A DNA stretch of 64,000 nt from an uncultured Bacilli bacterium. GTDB taxonomy: Bacteria > Bacillota_I > Bacilli_A > RF39 > UBA660. Of the stretch, positions 1-9,524 are shown one piece after another; within the stretch, counting starts at the first letter, position 1; each line of letters starts with the position of its first letter. A program made the position numbers and the translations under genes. The notes below the pieces were generated by a model. That model searched no databases, was not told the origin of the DNA, and saw only the letters and a program-made list of their open reading frames with translations. The DNA is taken from contig CAKOTU010000002.1 of NCBI GenBank assembly GCA_934120265.1, positions 40,905 through 104,904 of the forward strand. Reading direction: 5' to 3'.

Positions 1-250
1 CTTTTCCATAATCCTCACTCCTAGTTTAATTATAACACAAAATAAATATTATTTTAATACTATTTATTAAACTTGCACACTAAATTAATTTTTCTAAAAT
101 TTCCAATTTAATATTATTAACCAAAATTTTTTTTATATATCTATTTATGGTCTAGATTAATAATTCTTATTTTATAAAACGTCCATATTTTTATATTCAT
201 TATAATCCATGTATAAATTATTCACACTGGCAAGAATCCTTTTATTACAT

Positions 251-276
251 AAAAAACCACACCCTTTGGTGCGGTT
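251..276 (-). terminator. Intrinsic terminator for the 288..2024 gene (minus strand)
   Basis: Inverted repeat ccacacc/ggtgcgg (7 bp, U-G wobble on the minus-strand RNA) followed by a U-run (aaaaaa on the + strand at 251-256) immediately after the TAA stop at 288-290. Confidence 0.5.
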
Positions 277-287
277 TAAATTTCAAT

Positions 288-2024
288 TTAGGATCCTGTT
301 GAAGTATTAACTTCTATTACATTAGATTTTGCACTATATACATATACAGGCTGTAAGCCTGAAGATTCATAATCTTTAGCATATGCTCTTACATATATTT
401 CCATATTTTCTTCAACATCAATACTTATTTGTCCATCTTTTAAAGTAAATGATTTTATAATAACTTCATCATTCGTAGAATTCAACTTGTAAACATTAAA
501 CTTAAAGTCGTATGAATAATCAATAACATTAGTAATACTTAAATTAGCTTTACCTTCTGTTATATCTGACACTTTAATTTCTGGAGTTCTAACAACTTCT
601 ATTTTATTTGAAAAATCACTATAAACTTTTTCACCAGCTGCATTAGTAGTATAAACTCTTGAGACATATACACTATGACCATAGCTTGGCAAAACATCTA
701 CAAACCAATTAGTAGTATCTTTTACTAATTTGTAAGTATTTCCATCCACTATTTCGTAAAACTCTACTCCCTCTTTATTGTAATCTAAAGTATTTTCATT
801 TTGCTGTTTATAATAATCATTATTAATAATTATACGTTCTCCATCTCTCATTCGATCTGTCCATGAACGATTTTCATCAACAGATAATGTTGGAACAGAC
901 AAATCTCTGGTATCAATAATTAATACTTTATCAGTTTCTTCATTACTTGAAAGACTAATAAAATCTCCATTGGCTTTATAATACCCGATTTTTGCTGTGT
1001 AACGTGCTATTTTATTTTTTGGAATTGTCACCATAATTTTAGCATCCAAATCAAATTTTTCATTTTGATAAGATGTTGTTGCATTTCCATCAAACTCTTC
1101 ATTTATAACATATGCGTAAGAATTTCTATTTAAAGAAAATGCAGACCACCCTTCAGGTTTTTCTAATTCTAATTGATAAATATAATATCCATCACCTTCT
1201 GATATATAAGTTACATTTGAACTTTTTAACTTTACAGTTGGTAAGTAATCATCTTCAGGTATGGTATCAACTAACATATCACTGTAAACTTTTTTGCCAT
1301 TCTCATCTAAGGCATAAGCTTTAGCATTTATAGTTACCTCACCATAGCCACCATTAATAATGATGTTGTTGATTTCTATCGAATGCATATGATATGTATG
1401 TCCGATTTCAATTCCTTCCACATTCTTTTTAAAATCTTCATTAACGGTTGTAGTAGTTTCCTTAAAATATTTATCGTATGTCAAATCATAAGTTTCAGAA
1501 ATATTACCATTTTGAAAAATTTTTAATTCAACACCATCAACTTTATTAGATTGATCATTTATATCATCTAACAAAACATATATCATAGCAGAAAAATTAT
1601 TTTTATCCTTATTATATGTTAATGCAGTGTCCCAAAATATTATAGGCTTTTTAGGTTCTTTAACTGTGTCATTATCTTCTTCTAAAGCCTTATTAGTATA
1701 ATTTATCTTAAAATTATCTGGTGTTGAAACTATAGTTCCATTTAAGCCGTTAATCCATTTCCCAGATGCAGTTTTATAATAAATAATCATATCATCAATA
1801 GTATTTCCATCAATTGTCTTTGATGCTAGCATAATTAAGTCTGTTGTTAATTTTCCATCATATCCTTTATCTTGATTAACATCTCTTGTAAACATATGTG
1901 TACCAATAATATATGTTGAACCAGGGATGTCTTCTTTATTTATTGTTTTTGCATTTGCTGAAGTAATTCCCAAAAACATTGTAAAAATTGATATAACACT
2001 AAATAATAAAAATTTATTTTTCAT
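288..2024 (-). CDS. Secreted protein of unknown function (N-terminal signal peptide, 578 aa)
   Basis: Long intact ORF. The N-terminus MKNKFLLFSVISIFTMFLGITSANA looks like a Sec signal peptide with an AXA-like cleavage site. No recognisable catalytic motifs. Tandem with the upstream surface-repeat protein on the same strand. Confidence 0.55.
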   Translation of the reverse strand: MKNKFLLFSVISIFTMFLGITSANAKTINKEDIPGSTYIIGTHMFTRDVNQDKGYDGKLTTDLIMLASKTIDGNTIDDMIIYYKTASGKWINGLNGTIVSTPDNFKINYTNKALEEDNDTVKEPKKPIIFWDTALTYNKDKNNFSAMIYVLLDDINDQSNKVDGVELKIFQNGNISETYDLTYDKYFKETTTTVNEDFKKNVEGIEIGHTYHMHSIEINNIIINGGYGEVTINAKAYALDENGKKVYSDMLVDTIPEDDYLPTVKLKSSNVTYISEGDGYYIYQLELEKPEGWSAFSLNRNSYAYVINEEFDGNATTSYQNEKFDLDAKIMVTIPKNKIARYTAKIGYYKANGDFISLSSNEETDKVLIIDTRDLSVPTLSVDENRSWTDRMRDGERIIINNDYYKQQNENTLDYNKEGVEFYEIVDGNTYKLVKDTTNWFVDVLPSYGHSVYVSRVYTTNAAGEKVYSDFSNKIEVVRTPEIKVSDITEGKANLSITNVIDYSYDFKFNVYKLNSTNDEVIIKSFTLKDGQISIDVEENMEIYVRAYAKDYESSGLQPVYVYSAKSNVIEVNTSTGS

Positions 2025-2038
2025 TTACTTCATCCTTC

Positions 2039-3115
2039 CTATTGAACACTAGCAGTTACAGAAGTTCCATTTGTTAATACAACTGTTACAGAACTAATTC
2101 CTTCTATTTCATACATATTAACAACCATATTGCTTCCACTACATAATGTTACTCCATTATATTTAATTGCTGATACATTGATTTTTACATTGTCTTCATA
2201 AACAGTTAATATTCTATCTGGAGAATATTGATCTACGCTTGTTACTTTAACTTTGTATGTTTTTTGATTCCACTTGGCTACTAATGTTATATTACTAGTA
2301 ATCGGCGTATTAAAATCATAGCTGTTTCCATTTAATAACCAACCAGCAAAATTATAACCACTTTTTGTTGGATTTGATGGTCTAGAAATCTTGTTTCCTT
2401 CGTTTACCGTTTGAGAATTAACTGATGAACCACCATTTGAATCAAAAGTTACAGTATATGTCTTTTTTTCTGTAGGGGTTGTTGGAGTAGTAGGTTGACT
2501 TGGTGTAGTTGTATTTCCTGAATTATTTCCATTATTATTTGGCTTATTATTACTTGGTTTTGTAGTACTTGGCTTAGTATTGATTGTTGGTGTTTCAGTT
2601 TCTATTTTTTCATAAACTGCCACTAATTCTAAATTTGATGTTACTGGCAAATTAAAATCGTATTTCACACCATTAAGTTGCCATTCAATAAAATTATATC
2701 CTTCCTTTATTGGATTTCCTGGCATTACCACTTTTTTACCACTTTCAATATTTTGTTCAGATATAGTTGTTCCACCATCACTATTAAATTTAATTGTAAA
2801 AATTTCATTTTCTGTTGTCTTCCACTGCGCCACTAATATCATGTTATCAGTAACAGTAGTATTAAAATCATAACTTTGATTTTCGTAATACCATTCAACG
2901 AATTCGTATCCTTCTTTTGTTGGATTTTCTGGAACTTTGATTTTTTCTCCTTTCTTAACTGGTTGATTTTCAATAACACTTCCACCTTGCGTATCAAATG
3001 TTATTTCATAAAAAGTATTATTTCTTTTGTTATTGTTAATTATAAAAATTGCTATAAAAATACCTATTAATACAATTAAAGAACTAACAATAATTAAAAT
3101 TTTATTTCTATTCAT
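2039..3115 (-). CDS. Membrane-anchored surface protein with three Listeria-Bacteroides (Flg_new/InlB B-repeat-like) repeats
   Basis: N-terminal TM anchor (ILIIVSSLIVLIGIFIAIFII). Three ~70-aa repeats of the pattern YxVTFDSxGG...V...P.NPTKxGYxFxxW.....YDFNTxVTxNxxLVAxW, separated by a T/P/N-rich linker. Confidence 0.7.
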   Translation of the reverse strand: MNRNKILIIVSSLIVLIGIFIAIFIINNNKRNNTFYEITFDTQGGSVIENQPVKKGEKIKVPENPTKEGYEFVEWYYENQSYDFNTTVTDNMILVAQWKTTENEIFTIKFNSDGGTTISEQNIESGKKVVMPGNPIKEGYNFIEWQLNGVKYDFNLPVTSNLELVAVYEKIETETPTINTKPSTTKPSNNKPNNNGNNSGNTTTPSQPTTPTTPTEKKTYTVTFDSNGGSSVNSQTVNEGNKISRPSNPTKSGYNFAGWLLNGNSYDFNTPITSNITLVAKWNQKTYKVKVTSVDQYSPDRILTVYEDNVKINVSAIKYNGVTLCSGSNMVVNMYEIEGISSVTVVLTNGTSVTASVQ

Positions 3116-3288
3116 TTTTTCCTCCTTTTTATTTTAGAAATACAATATTGACTAAGCCACAAATCAATAATTTGCTGTACTCCTAGTACATTGTATCATA
3201 TTTTGACAAAAAATGACACTAATTATAGAACTTTTATCTACTATTTATATATAAATAAAATCTATCATAAGTGACAAAATATATATAG

Positions 3289-3588
3289 GTGGTGGTTTTT
3301 GTGAATTTTACTCCAGAAGATGATCGTTATATATATGAATTAGTAAGTAAAAATATTAAATATTATAGATTACATAATAATAGCAAATATAGTAAGTATG
3401 GAAAAATGACACAAGAAAAATTGGCAGAGTTATGTGATTTGAGTCACAGTTTAATAAGCAATATTGAATCTGATAGAGTACAACAATCTTTTAGTTTAGC
3501 AGTACTTTATAGAATTGCAAACGTTTTAGAAATAAACATTTCTAAGCTTTTTGAAGAAAGAGATGAAAATGGTAATTTGTTTAAATAA
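3289..3588 (+). CDS. XRE-family helix-turn-helix transcriptional regulator
   Basis: HTH_XRE-like segment KMTQEKLAELCDLSHSLISNIESDR. GTG start at 3289, or GTG at 3301 preceded by aggtggtgg RBS-like sequence. Confidence 0.55.
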   Translation: MVVFVNFTPEDDRYIYELVSKNIKYYRLHNNSKYSKYGKMTQEKLAELCDLSHSLISNIESDRVQQSFSLAVLYRIANVLEINISKLFEERDENGNLFK

Positions 3589-3639
3589 ATTCTTAACAAA
3601 AAAAATTCATCTTTTTTAATAATTAAAATTATTAAATCA

Positions 3640-3683
3640 GCAAAAAAATATATCATTAGATGATGATATATTTTTTTGCTGAT
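3640..3683. terminator. Long AT-rich inverted repeat between convergent genes (bidirectional terminator candidate)
   Basis: cagcaaaaaaatatatcat...atgatatatttttttgctg forms a ~19-bp stem. It lies between the + strand XRE gene (ends 3588) and the - strand ynbB-like gene (ends 3730). Confidence 0.5.
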
Positions 3684-3729
3684 TTTCTATAATTAACATG
3701 ATTTTATAGTATATAAAAAATCAGTATTT

Positions 3730-4980
3730 CTACTGATTTAATAAATTTGATATAGCTTTCATAACTCCTATTTTACCATATTCATAAGTTAAACCACCTT
3801 GTTCATATGCAATATAAGGATCTCTAATAGGTCCATCGCAAGAAAGTTCAATTGATGATCCTTGAGTAAATGTTCCTGCGGCCATAATTACCTTATCAGT
3901 ATATCCTGGCATATCCCATGGTTCTGGAGTTACGTGAGAATCAATTGGTGAAGCTTGTTGAATCCCTTGACAGTACTTTATTAATTTCTCAGGATCTCTA
4001 AATATAATATTTTGAACTATATCAGCTCTTTCTTCATTATATTTTGGTTCAACATCATATCCTAATTTTTCTAACATCAAACTTGCAAAGACTGCAGTTT
4101 TTAAACTACTAGCTACAACATTAGGTGCCATAAACAATCCTTGAATTAAAGACTTATTCATTCCTAATGAAGGCCCTACTTCTTTACCTTCTCCAGGAGC
4201 AGTCAATCTTTCCGCTACCAATTCTACTAAATCTTTTCTTCCAACAACATAAGCACCATTTGGAGCTATTCCTCCACCTAAATTCTTAATAAGTGAACCT
4301 ACAGCAATATCAGCGCCTACTTCAATAGGTTCTCTATCTGAAACAAATTCACAATAACAATTATCTATCATAACGATTGTCTCTGGAGATACTTCTTTTA
4401 TTAATTTAATTACTTTTTCTACTTTACTTATAACAATACTTTTTCTAGTAGAATATCCTTTTGATCTTTGAATTTCTATTACTTTAATAAATTTTTCTTT
4501 TAATTTTTTTTCTATTTTTTCATAATCAAAATCATTATCAACAAGATCAATTTGTTCATAGTTAACATTAAAGGATTTTAAAGAACTTTTATTTGGAACA
4601 ATACCAATTACTTCATCTAATGTGTCATATGGTTTTCCAGTAATAGAAAGTAATGTATCATTTGGTCTTAAAAGACCAAAAAGAGTTACTGTTAAAGCGT
4701 GAGTTCCTGAAATAAATTGTGTTCTAACTAATGCATCCTCTGCTTTAAAAATAGTTGCATAAACTTGCTCTAAAGTATCTCTTCCTAAATCATCATATCC
4801 ATAACCTGTTGTTTGATTAAAATGTGAATCAGAAAGTTGATGTTTACGAAAAGCAGAAAGTACCTTTAAACTATTAATCTCACATATCTCATCAATTTTT
4901 TTAAATTCAACATTTAATTCTGGTTCTATTTCTTTAGATAAGCTTAAAACTTTATCATTTATTTTGAATTCTTCTAACAT
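3730..4980 (-). CDS. PLP-dependent enzyme of the aluminium-resistance / Met-gamma-lyase-like family (YnbB-like)
   Basis: 416 aa. Resembles the YnbB / Cys-Met-metabolism PLP family throughout (GYGYDDLGRD..., FISGTHAL, GADIAVGSLIKNLGG). Overlaps the upstream SDR gene by 7 nt, so an operon. Confidence 0.65.
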   Translation of the reverse strand: MLEEFKINDKVLSLSKEIEPELNVEFKKIDEICEINSLKVLSAFRKHQLSDSHFNQTTGYGYDDLGRDTLEQVYATIFKAEDALVRTQFISGTHALTVTLFGLLRPNDTLLSITGKPYDTLDEVIGIVPNKSSLKSFNVNYEQIDLVDNDFDYEKIEKKLKEKFIKVIEIQRSKGYSTRKSIVISKVEKVIKLIKEVSPETIVMIDNCYCEFVSDREPIEVGADIAVGSLIKNLGGGIAPNGAYVVGRKDLVELVAERLTAPGEGKEVGPSLGMNKSLIQGLFMAPNVVASSLKTAVFASLMLEKLGYDVEPKYNEERADIVQNIIFRDPEKLIKYCQGIQQASPIDSHVTPEPWDMPGYTDKVIMAAGTFTQGSSIELSCDGPIRDPYIAYEQGGLTYEYGKIGVMKAISNLLNQ

Positions 4981-5714
4981 TTAAATCCTCCATCTATTCT
5001 AATTACTTCTGAATTTATATAACTTGCATCTGGAGTTGCTAAAAAGTAAATAACTTTAGCAATTTCTTCAGGACGTGCAAATCTATTTAATAGTATTTTT
5101 TCATTTTCTTTTTCAATAAAAGATTGATCTAGTTCTTTATTCATGTCTGTATTAACCCAACCTGGCGCTACAGCATTAACTCTTATATAAGGGGCATATT
5201 GTAGAGCTAAGTTCTTAGTTAAAGATATTACTCCTGCTTTAGAAGCATCATAATCTAAACTCTCAGGATATATTGTGTCTATTCCATTAGTAGATGCAAC
5301 ATTAATAATTGTGCCACTTTTATTTTCCAACATATATTTACCAACATATTTACTAACAATAAATGTACCTATTAAATTAATATCTAAAGTCTTCCTAAAA
5401 TTTTCTACTGTTTTATCTTCAAAGGTTGTATCAATAGCAATACCGGCATTATTAACTAACACATCTATATGTCCAAATGTATCAACAACTTTTCCCACCA
5501 TACTTTTTACTTCTAATTCATTTGAAACGTCACATTTAATGCATAGTGCTACTACATGATATTTATTTTCTATCTCTTCTTTTAATTTAAGTGCTACATC
5601 AGGACTATTATTATAATTTATTACTACATTATAATTATTGCTAGCAAATACTTTAGCCGCTTCTGCTCCAATACCTCTACTTGCGCCTGTTATTAATACT
5701 ACTTTATTAGACAT
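4974..5714 (-). CDS. Short-chain dehydrogenase/reductase (FabG-like 3-oxoacyl-ACP reductase family)
   Basis: N-terminal Rossmann motif TGASRGIG, NNAG motif, catalytic S...YxxxK (YDASKAG). 246 aa. Confidence 0.8.
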   Translation of the reverse strand: MSNKVVLITGASRGIGAEAAKVFASNNYNVVINYNNSPDVALKLKEEIENKYHVVALCIKCDVSNELEVKSMVGKVVDTFGHIDVLVNNAGIAIDTTFEDKTVENFRKTLDINLIGTFIVSKYVGKYMLENKSGTIINVASTNGIDTIYPESLDYDASKAGVISLTKNLALQYAPYIRVNAVAPGWVNTDMNKELDQSFIEKENEKILLNRFARPEEIAKVIYFLATPDASYINSEVIRIDGGFKC

Positions 5715-5756
5715 AATATCCCTCCACTTTCACTATTATAACACATCATCCATTTT

Positions 5757-7298
5757 TTAGTTATAGTTTATTATTTCTATATTCTTTTTGTGCTCTTTTT
5801 CTAATTCCTTAATAAAGATAGATTCTTTATTTTTTTGTGTTAACAGGTAAACATTATTTTTAGTTCTTGTAAGGGCGACATAAAATAGTCTTCTTTCTTC
5901 TTCATATAAAAATTTTTCTTTACTTTTATTAACTAATCTTAAAATTTTATCTTCTTCAATTTGGCTTGGAAAACCAAGCTTATCATTATTCATGTTAAGA
6001 ACAATAACATTATCAGCTTCTAGTCCTTTTGATTTATGAACTGTTAGATATCTAAGATCTATATTTCTATTTTTTAAACTTATTATGCCATCTTTTTCTA
6101 CTTTAAAATTCTCATCTACATAGTAATTAATGTCATTGTTGTTTCGACCTAAGATCATTATTGAACCATTATTCTCTGAAACTAAATTTATTATTTTTAA
6201 AAGAATATTTTTCTTATTTTTATATTTGATTATTTTCACTGGCTTTATATTGTGTTTGTATGACACCAAATCTTTTTTAATTTGGTATTTATTATTCATA
6301 ATGAACTTTCCTGCAACGTCTACAAGTTCCTGACTATTACGATAAGTTGTTTCTATTTTTAATACTTTTGCATTCTCAAACATATCTTTAAAATTTAAAA
6401 ATAAAGATATATCACATCCATTAAAACGATATATAGATTGAAAATCATCTCCAACAACCATTAATTTAGCTTGGCTTTTTTCTAAAATATTTTTAATTAA
6501 ATTAAATCTAATGAACGATGTATCTTGATACTCATCAATTATTACATATTCAAATTTATTCTTTAAACCATTGTCTTCCACTTCTTTTGTCGCATTAATA
6601 ATCATATCATCAAAATCTATTTCGTTATTTTCTTTTAAATAATTTTCATATTCAATATAAATATTTAAAGCAAAAATTAAAAACATTTTTTCTTTTCTAA
6701 ATTTTTTATATGATATAGTTCTTTTTATTAATTTAAGAAAACTACTAAAATCTTCTATTTTATAGTTATTACACTTAAATAATCTAATAAATGTTTCTAT
6801 TATTTTGGATAACTGATATATATTTTGTTTATTGTCTTTATAAAATTTTAAATAATTATCTTTTATATTAAAAAATTTATAGTTGTTAAAATATTTTAAA
6901 AGTAATTTCATATGAAAATCAGATTCTAATATTTTTATTGTAAAAAAGTTATTAATAATGTCTGATAGTAAATTATTATCTGCAATCTCATACCTTTTAG
7001 AAAGTAATGTTAACGCAAGCTTATGAAAGGTATAGACCGGCATCGAAACATTAAACTCTTTTTTTATTTTATCTTTCAATCCTTTAGAACTGTCTCGAGT
7101 AAAAGAAATACATAAAATTTTATCAGGCGAAATATTTTTATACTTTATTAAATAATTGATTTTACCTAGTATTGTCAATGTTTTACCGCTTCCGGCACCT
7201 GCTACTACTAACAGTCTATCACTTTCATCTAAAACAATATTCTGCTGTTGCTCATCTAAATAGAAACCATTTATTTTATCATTCAAAATTATCACCAA
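5757..7298 (-). CDS. UvrD/PcrA-family (superfamily 1) DNA helicase, short form
   Basis: Walker A AGAGSGKT, motif II DEYQDT, motif III GDDFQSIY. C-terminal UvrD_C motifs (VHKSKGLEADNVIV, YVALTRTKNNVYLL). 513 aa, lacks an extended 2B domain. Confidence 0.75.
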   Translation of the reverse strand: MVIILNDKINGFYLDEQQQNIVLDESDRLLVVAGAGSGKTLTILGKINYLIKYKNISPDKILCISFTRDSSKGLKDKIKKEFNVSMPVYTFHKLALTLLSKRYEIADNNLLSDIINNFFTIKILESDFHMKLLLKYFNNYKFFNIKDNYLKFYKDNKQNIYQLSKIIETFIRLFKCNNYKIEDFSSFLKLIKRTISYKKFRKEKMFLIFALNIYIEYENYLKENNEIDFDDMIINATKEVEDNGLKNKFEYVIIDEYQDTSFIRFNLIKNILEKSQAKLMVVGDDFQSIYRFNGCDISLFLNFKDMFENAKVLKIETTYRNSQELVDVAGKFIMNNKYQIKKDLVSYKHNIKPVKIIKYKNKKNILLKIINLVSENNGSIMILGRNNNDINYYVDENFKVEKDGIISLKNRNIDLRYLTVHKSKGLEADNVIVLNMNNDKLGFPSQIEEDKILRLVNKSKEKFLYEEERRLFYVALTRTKNNVYLLTQKNKESIFIKELEKEHKKNIEIINYN

Positions 7299-7520
7299 AA
7301 TACATTATATATATAAGAAAAATAAAAGCAAATGAATAACTTTGCCTTTTTCAATAAAAACCAGTTTTATTTTTGAAAATTATACTTAGCGCAATATTGA
7401 TTATTATATGTATATTTAGATGTTAATTTCTATAAACCGCTAACTTATAAAATTTTTTATATTTAATGGAGTTGATTAATTATTAAAACTATGATAGTAT
7501 ACATAACTTGAGGTGAAACT

Positions 7521-8168
7521 ATGGAATACGAAAATAAAGAAATATGTGCTGCTTGTGGAGGAATTTGTTGCAAAAAAAGTGGTTGCGATTATTTTACTAC
7601 TGATTTTGACGTTATTAATAAAAACACTATGTTAGAAGTTTTAGAAACAGGAAATGTTTCTATTGTATCTACATTTATTTTTAGCACTTTAGCTGACGGC
7701 AAAAAAACATTAACACCATTTCTATATCTAAGAGCAAGAAACAAAAATAGAGGAATTGTTGACTTGTTTTCTATGAAAACGCAATGTTCTATGTTAACAG
7801 AAAATGGTTGTTCTTACGATTTAGAACATAGACCTGGTGGAGGTGTAAATCTTATACCGGGTAAAGAAGCATGTACACATTTACGTGATCCAAGAAACGA
7901 AATATTAAAATGGAAACAATATCAAGGATTATTACTAAAATTAGTAAAAAGATATACCGGAAAAACTGTTAATACTGTTATTCAAGAAAATGTTGAAGAA
8001 GTGTTTTACCAAATCCTAACTGAACAATTTGATGGAGTACAAAAAGCAGAAATCGAAGATATTAAAAGGGGTATATTAGATTTGATAGAATGTTTCCCTG
8101 AACAATATATGAATGCAGAAAAAAGAGCTGAAAAAGATACTAAAACACTAAACAAAAAATTAGGTTAA
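7521..8168 (+). CDS. Cysteine-cluster hypothetical protein (CxxCxxxCC N-terminus; YkgJ-like Zn/Fe-chelating motif?)
   Basis: Intact 215-aa ORF with RBS tgaggtga. N-terminal CAACGGICCKKSGC plus further conserved Cys/His residues. No confident family assignment. Confidence 0.45.
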   Translation: MEYENKEICAACGGICCKKSGCDYFTTDFDVINKNTMLEVLETGNVSIVSTFIFSTLADGKKTLTPFLYLRARNKNRGIVDLFSMKTQCSMLTENGCSYDLEHRPGGGVNLIPGKEACTHLRDPRNEILKWKQYQGLLLKLVKRYTGKTVNTVIQENVEEVFYQILTEQFDGVQKAEIEDIKRGILDLIECFPEQYMNAEKRAEKDTKTLNKKLG

Positions 8169-8195
8169 AGAACCTAATTTTTTTATTTTTAATTA

Positions 8196-8236
8196 TAAAT
8201 ATTTATGCTAGTTTAAAAAAATAAAACTAGCACAAG
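8196..8236. terminator. Hairpin gctagttt-N9-aaactagc between the Cys-cluster gene and tRNA-His (bidirectional terminator candidate)
   Basis: 8-bp perfect stem with A/T runs on both sides. Confidence 0.4.
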
Positions 8237-8252
8237 CTAGTTATTTCATAAG

Positions 8253-8329
8253 TGGGGCGAAATAAGGGATTCGAACCCTTGCATAACGGAACCACAATCC
8301 GCCGTGTTAACCCCTTCACCAATTTCGCC
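8253..8329 (-). tRNA. tRNA-His (anticodon GTG) with encoded G-1 and 3' CCA
   Basis: The reverse complement folds as a cloverleaf. Acceptor GCGAAAT/ATTTCGC with an extra 5' G(-1) pairing to C73 (His hallmark), anticodon stem GCGGA/TCCGT, loop TTGTGGT (GTG anticodon), T-loop GGTTCGAATCC, terminal CCA encoded. Confidence 0.85.
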
Positions 8330-8462
8330 ATGTCATTGCTGACAACAAATATTTTAACAAGTTTTAAGCGATTTGACAAGAGTTTTTATAAAAAAAGATA
8401 AATTAGTTATATACCTATACACTAATTTATTAGTTCCATACAATAAAACGAGGAGGGATATT

Positions 8463-8900
8463 ATGAATAGTTATAACTTAACCCAAGATTATTATAACTA
8501 TGTTAATAATAATTACAATCAACCTTTGTATAATCAAAATGTAGAAAAATATAGTGTTTATGATGTATACAACGGCTATATAAGAGGAAATATGTTTCCT
8601 GCTTTATACAATTTTTATAGGACAGATAAACCTTATGAAATAACTCCAATGAATGAACAAGCGGAGCTTCTTACATATGTAGATATGTATACTTTTGCGA
8701 TGACTGATTTAAATCTTTATTTAGATGTTCATCCTGATGATAAGGAAGCATTACAACTTTTTAATGAATATCGCAAACAAGCTATAGAAGCTACTAAAAA
8801 TTACGAAAATAAATATGGACCTTTACAATTAACTAGCAACTCACTTAATACATTCCCTTGGGCTTGGGATAATGAACCATGGCCTTGGGATAAGAAATAG
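8463..8900 (+). CDS. cotJB: Spore coat protein CotJB with N-terminal CotJA-like region (apparent CotJA-CotJB fusion)
   Basis: C-terminal half matches CotJB (LLTYVDMYTFAMTDLNLYLDVHPDDKEALQLFNEYRKQ...KYGPL). N-terminal Y/N-rich part has a CotJA-like G.MFPALY..Y motif. Strong RBS aggaggg before the ATG at 8463. The long 8373 start is in the track but has no RBS. Confidence 0.6.
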   Translation: MNSYNLTQDYYNYVNNNYNQPLYNQNVEKYSVYDVYNGYIRGNMFPALYNFYRTDKPYEITPMNEQAELLTYVDMYTFAMTDLNLYLDVHPDDKEALQLFNEYRKQAIEATKNYENKYGPLQLTSNSLNTFPWAWDNEPWPWDKK

Positions 8901-8910
8901 GAGGGATAAT

Positions 8911-9468
8911 ATGTGGATTTATGAGAAGAAATTAGAATATCCTGTCAATATTCGCAGAAAAGATTTAAAAATGGCTAAAAATTTGCTATCGCAATATGGA
9001 GGTAGTACTGGTGAATTAGGCGCAGCTTTAAGATATTTAAATCAAAGATATACTATGCCTGATGAAAGAGGCAAAGCTCTTCTTACTGACATTGGAACAG
9101 AGGAACTTGCTCACATCGAAATGATTGCGGCCATGATAACACAATTAGTTAATGGTGCTACAGTGGAAGAATTAACTGCTGCTGGATTAGATGCACAGTT
9201 TGCGCAACATGATCATGGAATATTTCCAGCAGACGCTTTCGGTGTTCCATTTACTGCTGCTTACATAGAAACAACAGGAGATTATATTGCTGATATTGAA
9301 TCAGATATGGCTGCCGAACAAAGAGCTAGAGCAACATATGAACATTTAATGGATTTAACCAACGATCCTGATTTACTAGCGCCTTTAGCATTCCTACGTC
9401 AAAGAGAAGTTATTCACTATCAACGATTTAAAGAATTAAGAAATTACTACCTTGAAAAGAAAATATAA
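8911..9468 (+). CDS. cotJC: Spore coat protein CotJC (manganese-catalase-like ferritin fold)
   Basis: Starts MWIYEKKLEYP, essentially identical in pattern to B. subtilis CotJC MWVYEKKLQYP. Di-metal ligand motifs EELAHIEM and EHL present. RBS taggaggg 6 nt upstream. Overlaps the cotJB stop. Confidence 0.85.
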   Translation: MWIYEKKLEYPVNIRRKDLKMAKNLLSQYGGSTGELGAALRYLNQRYTMPDERGKALLTDIGTEELAHIEMIAAMITQLVNGATVEELTAAGLDAQFAQHDHGIFPADAFGVPFTAAYIETTGDYIADIESDMAAEQRARATYEHLMDLTNDPDLLAPLAFLRQREVIHYQRFKELRNYYLEKKI

Positions 9469-9524
9469 TACTATCTAATAGTATTTTTTTCTTTATAAAA
9501 AGCATAATAAATACGAGGTGTAAT

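Noticed and set aside
1112-1324. Small + strand ORFs embedded antisense in larger genes (e.g. 1112-1324, 2876-3070, 5275-5559, 6130-6333, 10244-10438, 11304-11507, 13907-14122, 15435-15683, 21253-21471, 24799-25011, 27087-27320, 28346-28531, 29607-29924, 30741-31166, 31601-31870, 33633-33821, 34553-34744, 34978-35325, 39680-39976, 40655-40900, 44818-45423, 51024-51302, 56855-57046, 58485-58862, 61796-62002)
   Set aside because: All lie antisense to well-supported conserved genes. They have biased low-complexity composition and lack RBS and conservation signals. Treated as spurious.
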